DNA of 64,000 nucleotides from Azolla caroliniana (taxonomy: Eukaryota; Plantae; Polypodiophyta). The notes beneath the pieces are model-generated. The model was not told the DNA's origin. It saw nothing but the letters and a program-made list of their open reading frames with translations, and did not search any database. The DNA lies in assembly GCA_043228905.1 (NCBI GenBank), contig JBHGNT010000002.1, forward strand, positions 19,716,001 to 19,780,000, in the 5' to 3' direction. Position 1 is the first letter of the stretch; every line of letters starts with the position of its first letter. Shown piece after piece: positions 40,557 to 54,005 of this stretch. A program made the position numbers and the translations under genes.

Positions 40557-43500
40557 AAAACCGGGACAAATCGGGGACGAGGTCGAAGTCAAGGGGGAGG
40601 CCCACTTGTTTCTATTGTGGGAAGTCGGGGCACTTCCAGAAGTACTGTCAGCATTTCCGGAAAGAGAAAGAAACCGACACTACTGATTCGAAGAAGAGTT
40701 CGGACCGGAGAGGCCCGGATCGAAAAGGAATGTCGGCAATCGTGACAAGTAAAGAAGAACTGATGCTCATTACCGAAGAGAATGAGTTAAACCTTGTCGG
40801 CGATGAGACAATGTGGGTTGTTGATTCCGGAGCGTCGTTCCACCTGACAACGGACCGAAGATGCTTCTCATCCTACACAGCCGGAGATCACGGTTCTGTC
40901 CGGATGGGGAATGAAGGTACATGCTGAATCATCGGCATAGGAGATGTGTTGTTGACCACGTTGTTGCTGAAGGATGTCCGACACGTTCTGAAGGTTCGAT
41001 TGAACTTGATATCAACCGGGTGCTAGATGATGAAGGCTACACGAGTAGCATCTGGAACGGGGTCATGAAGTTCTGCAAAGGGAACCTAATAGTGGCTCGA
41101 GCCTGGAAGGTCAACACATTGTACTTGATGAATGCCCGGATATGCCGGGAAAAAGTGAACGTAGCATCCGACACTGCCGGTGAGTTGTGGCACAAGAGGT
41201 TGTGTCACATGAGTCAGAAGGGGATGAAGAGATTTGCCGAAGACAATCTCATTCCTGTAAAGGACTTGCAACTTGAGAAGTGCACCGATTTCTTAGCCGG
41301 CAAGCAAAATTGAACCTCCTTCCTGTCAACACCACCGATGAGACGGAATGCACCACTGGAGCTGGTGCATACCGATGTGTGTCAAGTGGACACAAAGTCA
41401 CATGCCAAATCGCAGTACTTCGTGACGTTCATAGATGACCACAACCGGAAATTGTGGGTTTCACTGTTGAAGACGAAGGATCAAGTGTTATCCGTCTTCA
41501 AGGAGCTCCACGCGAGAGTGGAAAGAGAAACCGGCTGGAAGCTGAAGGCAGTTCGAGCGGACAACGAAGGAGAATATCAGGGGCAGTTTGAGGAGTACTG
41601 TCGGTCGAAGGGAATCCGGCTCGAATTCACCGTGCCGAAGATGCCGGAATTAAACGGGCTGGCCGAACGGATAAACCATGCCATAATGGAAAGAGTTTAA
41701 AGCATGCTAGCACATGAAAAGTTACCCAAGACATTTTTGGGTTGAGGCGCTAATGACGGTGAGCTATGTGATAAATAGATCATCCTTAGCACGCTTGGAC
41801 GGAGACACACCGCAAAGAGTATGGATCGGTAAGGACGTATCCTACCGGCATCTGAAGGTGTTCATTTGTCTCGGCTACGTGCATGTTGCAAAGGACAAGA
41901 GAGCAAAGCTAGACCCGAAGTCCCGGCCATGCATATTCCTTGGATACGGCAATGATAAGTTTGGTTACCGGGTGTGGGATCTGGTCGACAAGAAGGTGTT
42001 CCGGAGTCGGGACATAGTTTTCATGGAAGACAGGACCAATGCCGACTAGGAGTCGGAGAAGAAGACGATGAACTCCGGATCATCCAATGAAAACTGGTTT
42101 GAATACACAAGGACTTACCCGGTTGCAAACCGGATGTTAGTCGGTAACCGGATGACACTCGACAAACCGGCCGGATACGGACAAGAAACCAAACTGACCG
42201 AAGAAGAAGAAGAAGAAAACACCGGAACCAGACAAGATCCCGGATCAGATTTGGATTCAGAACAAACGGAGGAACCGGTAGTTAGAAACCAAGGACGGAG
42301 ATATTCTCTTCGAGAGAGAAGAGCCCCACAGACATTCTCGGATGCAGAGCATGTATTGCTAACGGATGAGGGGGAGCTGGAAAGCTTTGAAGAAGCAAAG
42401 AAAGACACCCACTGCCGCAAGTGGTTGAGTGCCATGCAGGATGAGATGGATTCCCTGCATGATGAACTAACGGAGTTGCCGAAAGGGAAGACAACACTCC
42501 GGAACAATTGGGTGTATAGGCTAAAACCGGGAGATGCCGGAAACCCGCTGAGATACAAAGCCCAGATCGTGGTGAAGAGGTTCCAACAGAAGAAAGGAGT
42601 GGATTTCAACGAGATCTTTGCCCCAATAGTAAAGATGACATCCATCCGGACGGTATTGGGCATAGTGGCAAGCATGGACCTCAAGGTAGAACAACTGGAC
42701 GTCAAGACGGCATTCCTACATGGCAACCTCAAAGAAGAGATCTATATGCATCAACCGGAAGGATTTGAGAAGAAAGGGAAGGAGCACCTAGTGTGCCGGT
42801 TGAAGAAGAGCTTATACAGACTGAAGCAAGCTCCCCGGCAATGGTACCGGAAATTCGACTTCTTCATGACCGACCAAGGGTACCACAAGATGCTGTCGTG
42901 AAGATTCCGGGCCATAGGTAGAAACAAGGTGAAACGCGCAGGAACACCGGTTTACGCGAGTGCACGCCTCGAGGGAATTAGATAGGACAAATACTAGGCA
43001 TGAGTATAAGGAGGGGTACTAGGTAGTTAGAGCATAGACATCGCATAAGTAGGGAGAGTTACGAGGAGAGTAAATCGGGGAGAGAATCTAGTACAAAAGT
43101 GACGGGTCATGAATGCTTGTAATGGTCGCTCCTTGTGCTATAAAAGGGGCGACCTTTGACTGTCTTCGGGATGCCATCTAGAGGAGAGGATACACAAACA
43201 AAGACCGAGGACTGACCGCGGAAGAAGGCGCTTCCCCTTGCTCGCGTCAGACGCCGGCGTGCTCCCGACCTGGGGATCAACCTTCTGTGCACCAACGTCT
43301 CTTTGTACCTGGCTATTCGCCAAACTCCGCGCTCCATCACCGGCTCTGATCCAGCTGTAACCAATCACAACATCGTGCACCTGTGTTTTAATAGAACTAT
43401 TTCTACCTAACATACTTTGTTCTCAGTGTCTTTGTCCATGTCTGTGTCTACGCATGACTCTCTTACTCTCTCTCATTCGATAGACTTACCCACTCTCCCG

Positions 43501-43686
43501 TGGTCTCAAGACCTATGCGATCCCCAAACTCCTCCTCGCTTTCCCAATTCCTTGGTTCGAGACCCCCGTGGTCCTGCTCGACTTCTACGCATCTGTGAGG
43601 ATAACCTCGACATTCTTTGGTGAACCCGACGTGAAGAAGAGCGGCAAAGGAATCTGGAGATAAGAGGAAGTGAACTTGCAGAAGCG

Positions 43687-45756
43687 ATGGCGGTGGCGGT
43701 AGACCGCCTAGTTAGTGCTCGCAAGGGCACGAGTGCCCTCGACCGGGCCATAGAGGCAACAGTCGGCAAGATAGGCCGGTTCGGCGGAAAGGACGCCACG
43801 AGCTACTTAGAGGCCTACAAATCTGAAATGCAGATGAGGAACATACCCGAAGATAGAGGGCTAGCGGGGTTTCCCCGGGTCGTAACACCACACATCCATA
43901 CAGAGATGGTCGAGATACAAGCGGGCTGTCACGATTGGGCGGAGTTCGTAGAGGAAGTTCTCGAGAGGTACAACTACGATGATTCACGCCGACTATCGAG
44001 AAAGGATTTTATGGACTGGGTCAACAGCCCCAACAAGGGTCAGAACGCTTCTGTGCTCCTCCAGGAGTTCGAGTCACGATTCGCACGACTCTCTAGGTTG
44101 GACCGAACCGTGCTCGAAACGAGCAAGGTTCTATTTTTTGTCACTTTGTTCGACTCACGCGTCCGGGAAAGTGTGGTTCTTCTTCTAGAAACCAACCGAG
44201 GCCTCACGACTAACTGGGCGACCGTCAAGGAAGTATGCAGCAGGATTGACAAACACCGGGACTGGAAAGAAAAGGGGTCCTCGTTGGTCGGACCGGCTGT
44301 CGGAATCAGGGCCGAACCAACGCCGACCCGAATGGAAGAAACTTCGGAGGTGGCTCGAGCTAGCCCCCCCCCCCCCCCCTCGGCGAACATAGTCCCGGGA
44401 CCTGCAGGTGGTGCCGGACTAGAAGAACTTACAAGGATGGTGCGCGACCTCCAAATCGCCCAGGCCCGACAAAGCGACGAAGGTCAGCCGCGTGATCGGC
44501 GACCACCGGCCAACCAGAGGTGTGTATGGTGCGATGCCACCGGACATGCCCGGAGAGAATGCGCTGACTTCGGAGAAGCACTCAGGAGTAATGTAGTCTA
44601 CCTTTTGAACGGCAGGGTACATGCGAGCGACACGCAAAGATTGCTCGACACAAATTTCGGATGAGGTGGCATGAAGAGGCTAATGGAAGAAGCCGCGGCC
44701 CAGCACGTCGAAGCCATCCACTATTCAGATTCGGCTGGCATACGCGTAGGGGAGAAGACGACCAAACCCGATTCCAAATCTGGGTTCTGGCCGGTCGTTC
44801 TCGAGGAATTTTGCAAAGGGAGGAAGCGGAGCACGCAGAAGAACGTGTTCGCGTGGAGCGACCCCGTTGAAGAAAGCACTGGCTTTGTGGAGGCCGCGTG
44901 CAGGAACTACGAAGCCCTGATTGACAAATGACGAGCAGGAAAAACCGGGGGAGTGGGCCCATCGGGGAGGCATGACACACGAAGCGTAACCAAAAAGCAC
45001 GATGCCACTCCGACCGGATTCCAGGAGAAGGAGAAGGACAGGCTTCCAAGCTTCCGCTTAAGCTCGGAGATAGAGAAAACAACGAACCTACAAAAGGTTC
45101 TAGAGGAGCGAGTTCTCGACTGTCGCATAGAACTCACGCTCAGGGAAGTGTTCGGCATAGCAAGAAGGGAGTTCCACGACAACATCGTGGACCTCGTGAA
45201 GAGGATGCATCTTGCAATGGAACCAGAGCCTGAGAAGCTGGTGGAGGTAAGGGCGGCACTCCTCGATGAGATAGCCGTGGAAGAAGAGCTCGCGGAGAGC
45301 CACTACGCCAAACCAAACTGGGCAAGAGCTACTATAGAAAATGTCAAGGAACCGGTGGTGGCGTTAATCGACCACGGGTCGGAAATTAACCTGATGTCCA
45401 TGGACTTCTACAAAAAGCGGAATTGGCCTATCAATACCAAACATGGGTGGAAGATACGTGCGGCTACAAGAGCCACAGAAGAGCTACACGGGGCTTGCCC
45501 GAACGTTAGGGTGAGCGTTGGGGACGTCGACATAAACCAACACTTTTTCATGCAAGAGACGTCCTCTCACCTGGTCATCCTTGGGGCACCATACATCACG
45601 GCGGCTAGAATGGAAACGAAAGTGTTGGACAATGGTTCAACCTACGTGAGGGTAAAAAGTCAGGACGGTCGTCACTCTGTTCAATTTTTGACCGTTCGGA
45701 AGAACCATGAACGAAATCGGGACACCCTCGGAAATGATAACAAGCCGGATTTTTAA
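43687..45756 (+). pseudogene. G3 gag-protease ORF (two in-frame TGA)
   Basis: CVWCDATGHARREC knuckle and ALIDHGSEINLM protease; ORFs 43687, 44671 and 44953 share one frame. Confidence 0.88.
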
Positions 45757-48700
45757 AAAGGGCTATCAAGGCGTGGGGCCGCGATAGTCCAGATAACCGG
45801 AAAGCTCCCCACACCTATAAAATAGGTAGGAAAGTTTTGTTCTCCGACAACGGAGCATGTACCATAGTCAGCATCGGTGGCCGAGAAAGAAAACGGGCCG
45901 AGATACGCTTAAAGGTGTGCGGAGCCTTGAGCCGCGACGAAGGAATTGGGGAAGTCGTGGAGGCGGTCTCGTTCGATGACACCCTGGGTGAAATCGGGAA
46001 GGTAGTCGAAGGAGGTCTAAGTGAAGACCTAGTCATACCGCTCAACTCGATCAACATGTATGAAGTCATTGCGGACTTCGAAAGAGGAACCCGGGCGCAT
46101 CGGATCACCCAAGTAGACACGAAATACAAGACTGTGGACCAGAAGGTGAAGCCCGTCGCGGCCCCCTTGCCGGAGGGTAGTTGGGAATGAATAAAGGGGG
46201 TTGCTACTGACCTTAGCTTGCGGGATCTGACCGGCATAGGGCACCGTTTTACCGACAAAACGCTACGAGAGTTGAAGATCGGTGGGGGTGGCTTCCTACT
46301 GCCGGCGGAAGAGGATTGGTTCAAAAGGATGCTCGAAAGGCACGGGAAGTCCTTCGCATTCTCACTAGGAGAGATTGGGTGTGTCGACCCGACCATCATC
46401 GAGCCAATGGTAATATTTACGGTACCGCACGTACCCTGGAGCCTCAAGCCAATCCAAGTACCGAGGTCTCACATGCCGATGTTGATGGAGCTCCTTAAAC
46501 AGAAAGTAGAGTTGGGCATCCTCGAACCGTCGAGTGCCCCCTATTCTAACCGGTGGTTTACGGTACCGAAGAAGAACGGTACGTTGCGGTTCATCCAGGA
46601 CTTACAACCGGTCAACAAAGTGACCATCCGCAATACGGGAGTCGGACCGTCGATCGATGAGTTCGCGGAAGCCTTCGCTGGAAGGTCCATATACTCAGTC
46701 GGAGACCTTTACTCAGGTTACGACCAATTCCAGTTGGCCATGGAAAGTAGGGACATCACGACGATGCGGACCCCTCTCGGTCTAGTTCGGATGTGCACCT
46801 TACCACAAGGAGGAACCAACTCGGTTGCACACATGGTGAATGCTATGAATAGAGTTTTGAGGGACTGCATTCCGGACATCACCATGCCTTTCCTAGACGA
46901 CATCCCTATCAAGGGGTGTCCGGAGGACACCAAGGATGAGTCGATCGGCGCGGACGGGTGCCGAAGGTTTGTCACGGACCACATTGCCGACTGCGAAAAC
47001 ATACTACAAAGGCTCGAAGGCGCGCGGCTTACCTTCTCGGGAGAGAAGTTGGCCTTCAAGCAACAAGAGATATTAGTGGTTGGCCACCTATGTGGGTCGT
47101 ACGGCCGGAAGCCATCGCCGACCAAGGTAGAGGCCATCTCGGCAATGAAGGAGGAGTGCGGATCCGTCACAGAGGTCCGACGATTCTTAGGAGCATGTGC
47201 CTTCTACCACATATGGATCCCTCATTACGTGCACGTCGCCGAACCACTCTACAGCCTGTTGAAGAAGAGCAGAAGATTCGCATGGACGAAGGAACATACG
47301 GAGGCGGTCCGGAAGCTAAAACGAGCGCTTACCACAACACCGGCTTTGCGCAAAGCGGAATACGCACCGAGTACTCCGGTTTACATCACAGTGGACACCA
47401 GCCCGACCGGGATCGGCACGTGCTTCCCTATCCGGTTCAGTGCGAAGGTACTAAGTGAACGACAACGAGGATACGCCCAAGTCAAGCGTGAGATGTGGGG
47501 TATCATTTCAGCGGTTAAGGTCGACAAAGACTACTTAATCGGGGTGGAAGTAATTATAGAAATGGACTGTCTGCCGATTCTCGGTATGGTCTCCGGATGT
47601 GCGACTCCCGACCTGGCCATGCTTAGGTGGATTGCATACATCAAGTCCTTGAACCCGGAGATACGACACATCTCAGGTAAAGACAACGCCATGGCCATCA
47701 TGCTTTCTAGAGCAAGATTCGAGGACAAGGACGACATGGTATTGGAGAACGAAGAAGTCGGCGCAGACTTCTTCAAATCGGCAAGGATGAGGATAAAAGA
47801 GCAAAGCGCCCTGCCCGTGAATGAGTTCGACGAAGACAGCAATGACGGGGAGTGGCTCCTAATCGAGAGATTTCTAAAGACAATGACAACGGACACCACG
47901 ATGGCTAAGGAGGCAGCTGGACAGCTCCGGAAGAGGGCATACCGATATTTCCTACAGAACGGGAAAATCTGGAGGGTCCCAATAAGGCGAAACGACGTGC
48001 CGCTCTGGGTAATAGCACGGACGGATGACCAACAGAAGCTGATGTCAGAGTTCCACGAGGGCCCTTGGTCCGGACATCGGGGTACATGGGCTACATTCGA
48101 GAAGTTAAAAGAAAAATACTGGTGGCCAGGCATGTACAAGAGCGTGCACAACTTCCTGTCTACGTGCGAAAGCTGCCAGATGCACTCGGTGGTTTGATAC
48201 TGCGACGAACTACACCTGACTTATCCTCCGACCGTGCACTTCAAGTGGATGGTTGACTTAGTTACGATGCCGATGGGCGAAGGGCAAAAGCGATATCTAG
48301 TGTTGGCTAGAGAGGACCTAACCAACCAGGTAGAGGGAAGAGCACTAATGAACAAGACCACCGCGGCAGTATGTAAGTTTCTGATCAAGGATGTCATATG
48401 CCAATACGGGTGCGTGGGAAAAATCGTGTCTGACCAAGGAGAGCTAAACGCGGAAGTGGTCGAGGAACTATTCGATCAGTTAGGCGTAAAATTTTCCCTC
48501 ACAACGTCGTACAACCCGTAGGCAAATGGAAAGATTGAATGGGGCCACGGTCCAATCGTAAAGGCCATTGTACGCGCGTGCGAAGGTCGAGTCGGCAACT
48601 GGCCGAGGTTGCTCCCATACGCGTTGTGGGCGGACATGACCACCCATAGTTCGGTGACAGGGTACATGCCGGCGGAACTAATGTACGGACAGAAATCCAT

Positions 48701-49151
48701 CATGTCGGTAGGGCGGACGATCGCCTCGTGGGCAACGATCGATAAGGCTAACGAAATGAGTAGAGAAGAGTTGCTAGCGGCACGAATCCGGCAACTCGAG
48801 CGAAGACCGGAAGAAGTGGAACGAGCCACAGCAAAGGTGAAAGAAGCGCGGATCCGAAACAAAGCCCGGTTCGACCGAACGCACCAACTCCGGCCAAGGA
48901 AGATCAAGGAAGGTGATTGGGTGTTAGTCTACGACAATAGCCTCGACAACCAGCATAGGTCTACACGCAAGTTTGCGAAGCGTTGGTTCGGACCGTACGT
49001 GGTAAATAGCGTCAACGACAACGCCATGTATCATCTCGCGGAGCTCGACGGGACGCGAATAACGACTCTGGTGGCCGGGAAGTGGATAAAAGCCTTCAAG
49101 AGACGGAACGAGGAGGAACCGAACCCGGGTGCCAGAAGCGCCAACTCATGA
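45750..49151 (+). pseudogene. G3 RT-RH-INT ORF
   Basis: LPQG, FLDD, ITVDTS, HEGPWSGH..CESC, WMVDL, SDQG and WFGPY; in the -1 frame relative to gag-PR. Confidence 0.9.
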
Positions 49152-51996
49152 GGGGAGGACGAGTAACCGATGGCCCGGAATCCTCCACTAAATTCACTAT
49201 TCGGCACATACCGGAGGATGTGCGGTTTGGTGGGGGTGGATGTCGTGAAGATTCCGGGCCATAGGTAGAAACAAGGTGAAACGTGCAGGAACACCGGTTT
49301 ACACGAGTGCACACCTCGAGGGAATTAGATAGGACAAATACTAGGCATGAGTATGAGGAGGGGTACTAGGTAGTTAGCGCATAGACATCGCATAAGTAGG
49401 GAGAGTTACGAGGAGAGTAAATCGGGGAGAGAATCTAGGACAAAAGTGACGGGTCATGAATGCTTGTAATGGTCACTCCTTGTGCTATAAAAGGGGCGAC
49501 CTTTGACTGTCTTCGGGATGCCATCTAGAGGAGAGGATACACAGAGAAAGACCGAGGACTGACCGTGGAAGAAGGTGCTTCCCCTTGCTCGCATCAGATG
49601 TCAGAGTGCTCCTGACCTAGGGATCGACCTTCTGCGCACCGACATCTCTTTGTACCTGGCTATTCGCCAAACTCCGCGCTCCATCACCGGCTCTGATCTG
49701 GTTGTAACTAGTCACAACACCGTGCACCTATGTTTTAATAGAACTCTTTCTACCTAACATACTTTGTTCTCAGTGTCTTTGTCTGTGTCTGTGTCTACGC
49801 GTGACTCTCTTACTCTCTCTCGTTCGCTAAACTTACCCACTCTCCCGTGGTCTCAAGACCTACGCGATCCCCAAACTCCTCCCTCCTCGCTTTCCCGATT
49901 CCTTGGTTCGAGACCCCTGTGGTCCTGCCTGACTTCTACGCATCCGCGAGGATAACCTCGACAACACAGGCCGATCACTGCGTGTTTGTGAAGAAATTTG
50001 CCGGAGGAGATTTCTTGATACTCCTCCTATATGTGGATGATATGCTGATCGTCGGACGAGACCAAGGCAAGATTCGGATGCTGAAGAAGGCTTTGAACCG
50101 GACCTTCTCAATGAAAGACTTGGGTTCGGCAAGACAGATATTGGGAATGCACATCATCCGGAACCAGTCGAAGAAGCTGTTGTGGTTGTCACAGGAGAAG
50201 TACGTGACAAAGGTGCTTCAACGGTTCAACATGTCAGAGGCGAAACCGGTTAGATCGATACTTTCGGCAAACTACAAGCTATCCGGAAAACAAAGCCCGA
50301 GGACAAAGGCAGAGAAGACAAATATGATGAAGATTTCATATGCCTCTGTAGTCGGAAGCTTGATGTACGCGATGGTATGTAACCGGCTGGATATCAGATA
50401 TGCAGTCAGAGTGGTAAGCCGGTTCATGAGCAATCCCGGAAGAGAGCATTGGAACACGGTCAAGTGGATACTCCGGTATCTAAAAGGCACCTCGAGTATG
50501 TGCCTCCGGTTCGGCTCTGGTAATCCCCAACTTGACGGATTCACAGATTCAGATATGTCGGCTGATGCGGATACCAATTGGTCGACATCCAGATATGTCA
50601 TGACTTATGCAGGGGGAGCTATTTCGTGACAGTCGAGGCTGCAGAAGACGGTTGCATTGTCAACCATGAAGGCGGAGTACATGGCAGTTGTAGAAGCCGG
50701 CAAGGAGATAATCTGGATGAAGGACTTCATCGGAGAGCTAGGGATCCAATAGGAGGAATACCGGCTCTACAGTGTCATCCACCTTGCAAAGAATGTGGCC
50801 TACCATTCCCGGATGAAACATATCCAGTGCAAGTACCACTTGATCCGAGAGAGAGTAGAAGACCAAGAGTTCATGCTGACGAAGATCCACGCGGAGGAGA
50901 ACGGGTCGGACATGCTGACCAAGGTGTTGACAACCGACAAGTTGGACATGCCGAAAGCGGATCGGGTTGGCGAGACATCCCATGCTGGAGTGAAGGGGGA
51001 GATTGTTGGGAAATCGGTCCCTCCGAATGGGATCCGGTTATGAATGAAGAGGAGCCGGTGAGAACCGGGAGAGATCCAGAAACCGGATCGGATGGACCCG
51101 GTGAGAACTGGAAGAGAAGACATATTTGTAAATATGTTTTGAGTAAGCCTATTGAGGCTATATTTGTAAATAGCCCTAAGTTCATATAAGTATAAATATG
51201 ACTTAGGGCAATCACTTATGTGTTATGTTGATGTTATCATATTGTTGTATGTGTATACTATTGTAGAGAGACACATAGAGCGATACTCTGTTGTAACCGC
51301 TGCTTGGCGAAGAAACAGAGCTCGAGGTCATTGCCTCCAAGTCTCTGATTGTACCTTTTCTTCATAGTGATAGTTCAAAGTCTGTGGGCTCCCGTGGTTT
51401 TTCCCTATTAGGGTTTTCCACGTAAACATCATGTGTACGTTTTTGTTGGTGCACGAGCATTCCTCTCTACTTCCCATTTCTGTATTTTTTTCATTCTCAT
51501 TGAAGTGATTCAATACTCGGTTGTGGCCACTGTTCTCTTCAGTTACATGGGTCGAGCTCTTGATCATTAGACTATATTTTGTAATACGAAGGATATTATT
51601 TTCATTTAAGTTTTACTATAGAAAATTGATGTATATTCTAGATTTCTCTTGAACATTCTAGAAACTTCAAGAGTACTCCTGAGAACACTATAAAAGCAGG
51701 CACAAGGCATTATTTCGAACCAAATCGGTTCAACGCCAGTCTTAAGTCTCCTAGCTACTATTGTATATTCTCTTAACATAATATATATCTTTTGTTATCA
51801 TCATTCTCTCTCACACACACTCTTTCCTTCTCTCGAGAGTTCTACACCTCCATTAGTACTAATCCTCATCTTTTAGTACTAATTCCTTCTCTGTCTTAGT
51901 ACTATTCCTGACAATACTTCTCTGTCTTAGTAGTGTTCCTGACAACAACTCTCACAAGTTCTCTCTAGGTGTAATGCATTTCACCTAAATGAGGAG

Positions 51997-52151
51997 TGTT
52001 GGCTGGTAGGACAAGGTGTGAAAAGAGACAAAAGGAGCCAAGCACTAACAGTTGAGTATTAAGGAGGAATGATTGTAACACACCAAGCATGGAAGCCTAT
52101 ATGTATACTGTGTGATCGGAAGAAGAGAGAGGGAGAATATTATGAGGCAAG

Positions 52152-52204
<53 letters not shown>

Positions 52205-52589
52205 TTATATCGACAATTGATCGGTCCATGTATCTGTATGGCTTTAAAATCTTAGACGAGACTTATTCTTTCTCGTGGGGTTAAAATTTGTGTTGTTTCA
52301 TTCATTAAGTACTATAAAGTGTATCACCCTTTTCTTCGTATCTCTATGTAATCGGGTACTTGGACTCGGTTGTAGCTGATTTGGTAGAATACCTTTCCCA
52401 TATCTCATTTAGGTCTTGAACACTCGGTCTGCGATCTGAGTGCATTGTGGAATAGACGATCTGCACAAGGCGCCTCGAATAACTTTAGAGTGAAGTTACC
52501 CTTCCTCATCTCAAACAAAGTATGGCTTCGGTAGGATGCCCTGAAACCTACCCCTACTCCCTACCACAATACCTTGATTCAGTTACTCA
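51997..52589 (+). mobile_element. Probable solo LTR inside the L1
   Basis: TGTTGG..CTCA ends flanked by GAGGAG on both sides; internal TATA-like and (GT)n(GA)n tracts. Confidence 0.5.
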
Positions 52590-53820
52590 AGAGGAGTAAT
52601 TGACTGTGTATTTCTCCAAGAGGGAGTAACAAGGAGCTATTGGATATCCAAAGCCAATTGCATGTTATTATTTCTCATTTTCAATACCAAAGTTATTGTT
52701 ATGCTAAGATGTGACAACTTAGGGATGAGCTCGTAGATAATCAATGTCAATGTCATTTGTTTTTCCAGGCGTTACATCCTACTTATGCTCGATCTAATGT
52801 GGTACATGTGAAGCAAATGGATGAATTGATAGTGGATCCTACTACAATAATTGACATATGTGTTCATTACTTTAAGGAGTTGATTAGCCCAAATTTGTTA
52901 ATGACAAATGAGGTGAGTACAACACGTCATGAGTTTTATGATGTGATTGGATGTATTGTGCATGACTTCATTAGTCATGAATTGGATGCGGATTTCACCG
53001 AGGATGAGGTGGACATGGTTTTAAGGCTCTTCCTAGTGGTAAGAGTCTTGGTTGGGATGGCTTGACAAATGAAGTTTTTAAGCGATATTCAAACATTTTA
53101 AAGGGGCCCTTAACTTTGATGTTTCAACATTCTTGGGATTCTGGTTGTATGCCTCAAGCTTGGAAGGTTGGTCTAATTAAATTAGTTCCAAAGGTGGCAT
53201 CTCCCGACTCATTTCATCAATGGAGACTTATTTCTTTGATGGGGGGGTTGTATAAGATATTTACAAAGGTCTTGTCAAATCGATTACAAAAGTATTTGCC
53301 ATATGGAGTATGCTTGAAACACTCATCAAGAATTGATTATAGTGCAATTAGATTTGGGGAAAGCTTATGATCATGTTAATTGATCCTTTGTTTCTGGGTT
53401 AATGCATACAATGGGCTTTGAACCTCGTATGTCTCGCCTCATATTTTTATTAGGACAAGATGCAATGTCTTGAGTAATGATTAATTGGGGAGTTATATCA
53501 GATATTGGACTCACAATATCCGTTTGTCAAGGATGCCCACTTAGCCCATTGTTGTTTGTTATTGTTACTCATTCCTTGTTAGTGATGATATCAAGGCTTA
53601 CAATATAAATGGTGACATTGTGGGTCTACACCTTCCGTCTAGAGGACAACTAGTAACACAAGCTTTAGGTGATGATTCTTTCATGTTTCTAGAATCCTCA
53701 CGAGAGAATCTTGAGAAGGGGATGCTTGTATGAAACCAATTTACATTGGCTTCCAGATTACATATCAAGTGGAGGAAGTCTAGTCTCATATCATGTACTG
53801 AATGGGATTTGGAATGTTTA

Positions 53821-54005
53821 GGATGACAAGGATTCATGGTGAAGAAAGGCTTTATTTTTTCGACACTTGGGCTATCCATTATGATGGAAAGGATCCGTGG
53901 TGAAGACAGGCTTTATTTTTCGACATTTGGGCTATCCATTAGGATGGCAAGGATCCGTGGCAAAGAAATGTTTTATTTTTCGACACTTGGGATATCGATT
54001 AGGAA
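53821..54005 (+). repeat. Triplicated 60-bp unit within L1 ORF2 (FRHLGYP motif)
   Basis: Three copies of aaggat(t/c)c(a/g)tgg..tttattttttcgacacttggg.tatc.atta. Confidence 0.9.

Larger units (their letters stand above)
42894..49963 (+). mobile_element. Non-chromoviral Ty3/gypsy G3 (Phygy-like), tRNA-Trp primed, nested in the C3 RT
   Basis: LTRs 42894-43612 and 49241-49963; PBS TGGTGAACCCGACGTGAA (43618-43635), complementary to the plant tRNA-Trp 3' end; PPT GGTGGGGGTGGA; TSD ACGC decayed to ATGC/ACAC. Confidence 0.95.
38968..51541 (+). mobile_element. Ty1/copia (Tnt1-like) C3, inserted into the G2 3' LTR
   Basis: LTRs 38968-39476 and 51004-51541; TSD GTTAC; PBS TAGTATCAGAGC (mutated iMet); PPT GGAGTGAAGGGGGAG; coding region closely similar to C1. 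Confidence 0.95.
27465..51944 (+). mobile_element. Ty3/gypsy chromovirus (Tcn1-like) G2, host of nested copia and gypsy insertions
   Basis: 5' LTR 27465-27889; 3' LTR 38926-38967 plus 51547-51944; PPT AAAGGGGGGATAG; TSD ACAAC; paralogous to G1. Confidence 0.93.
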
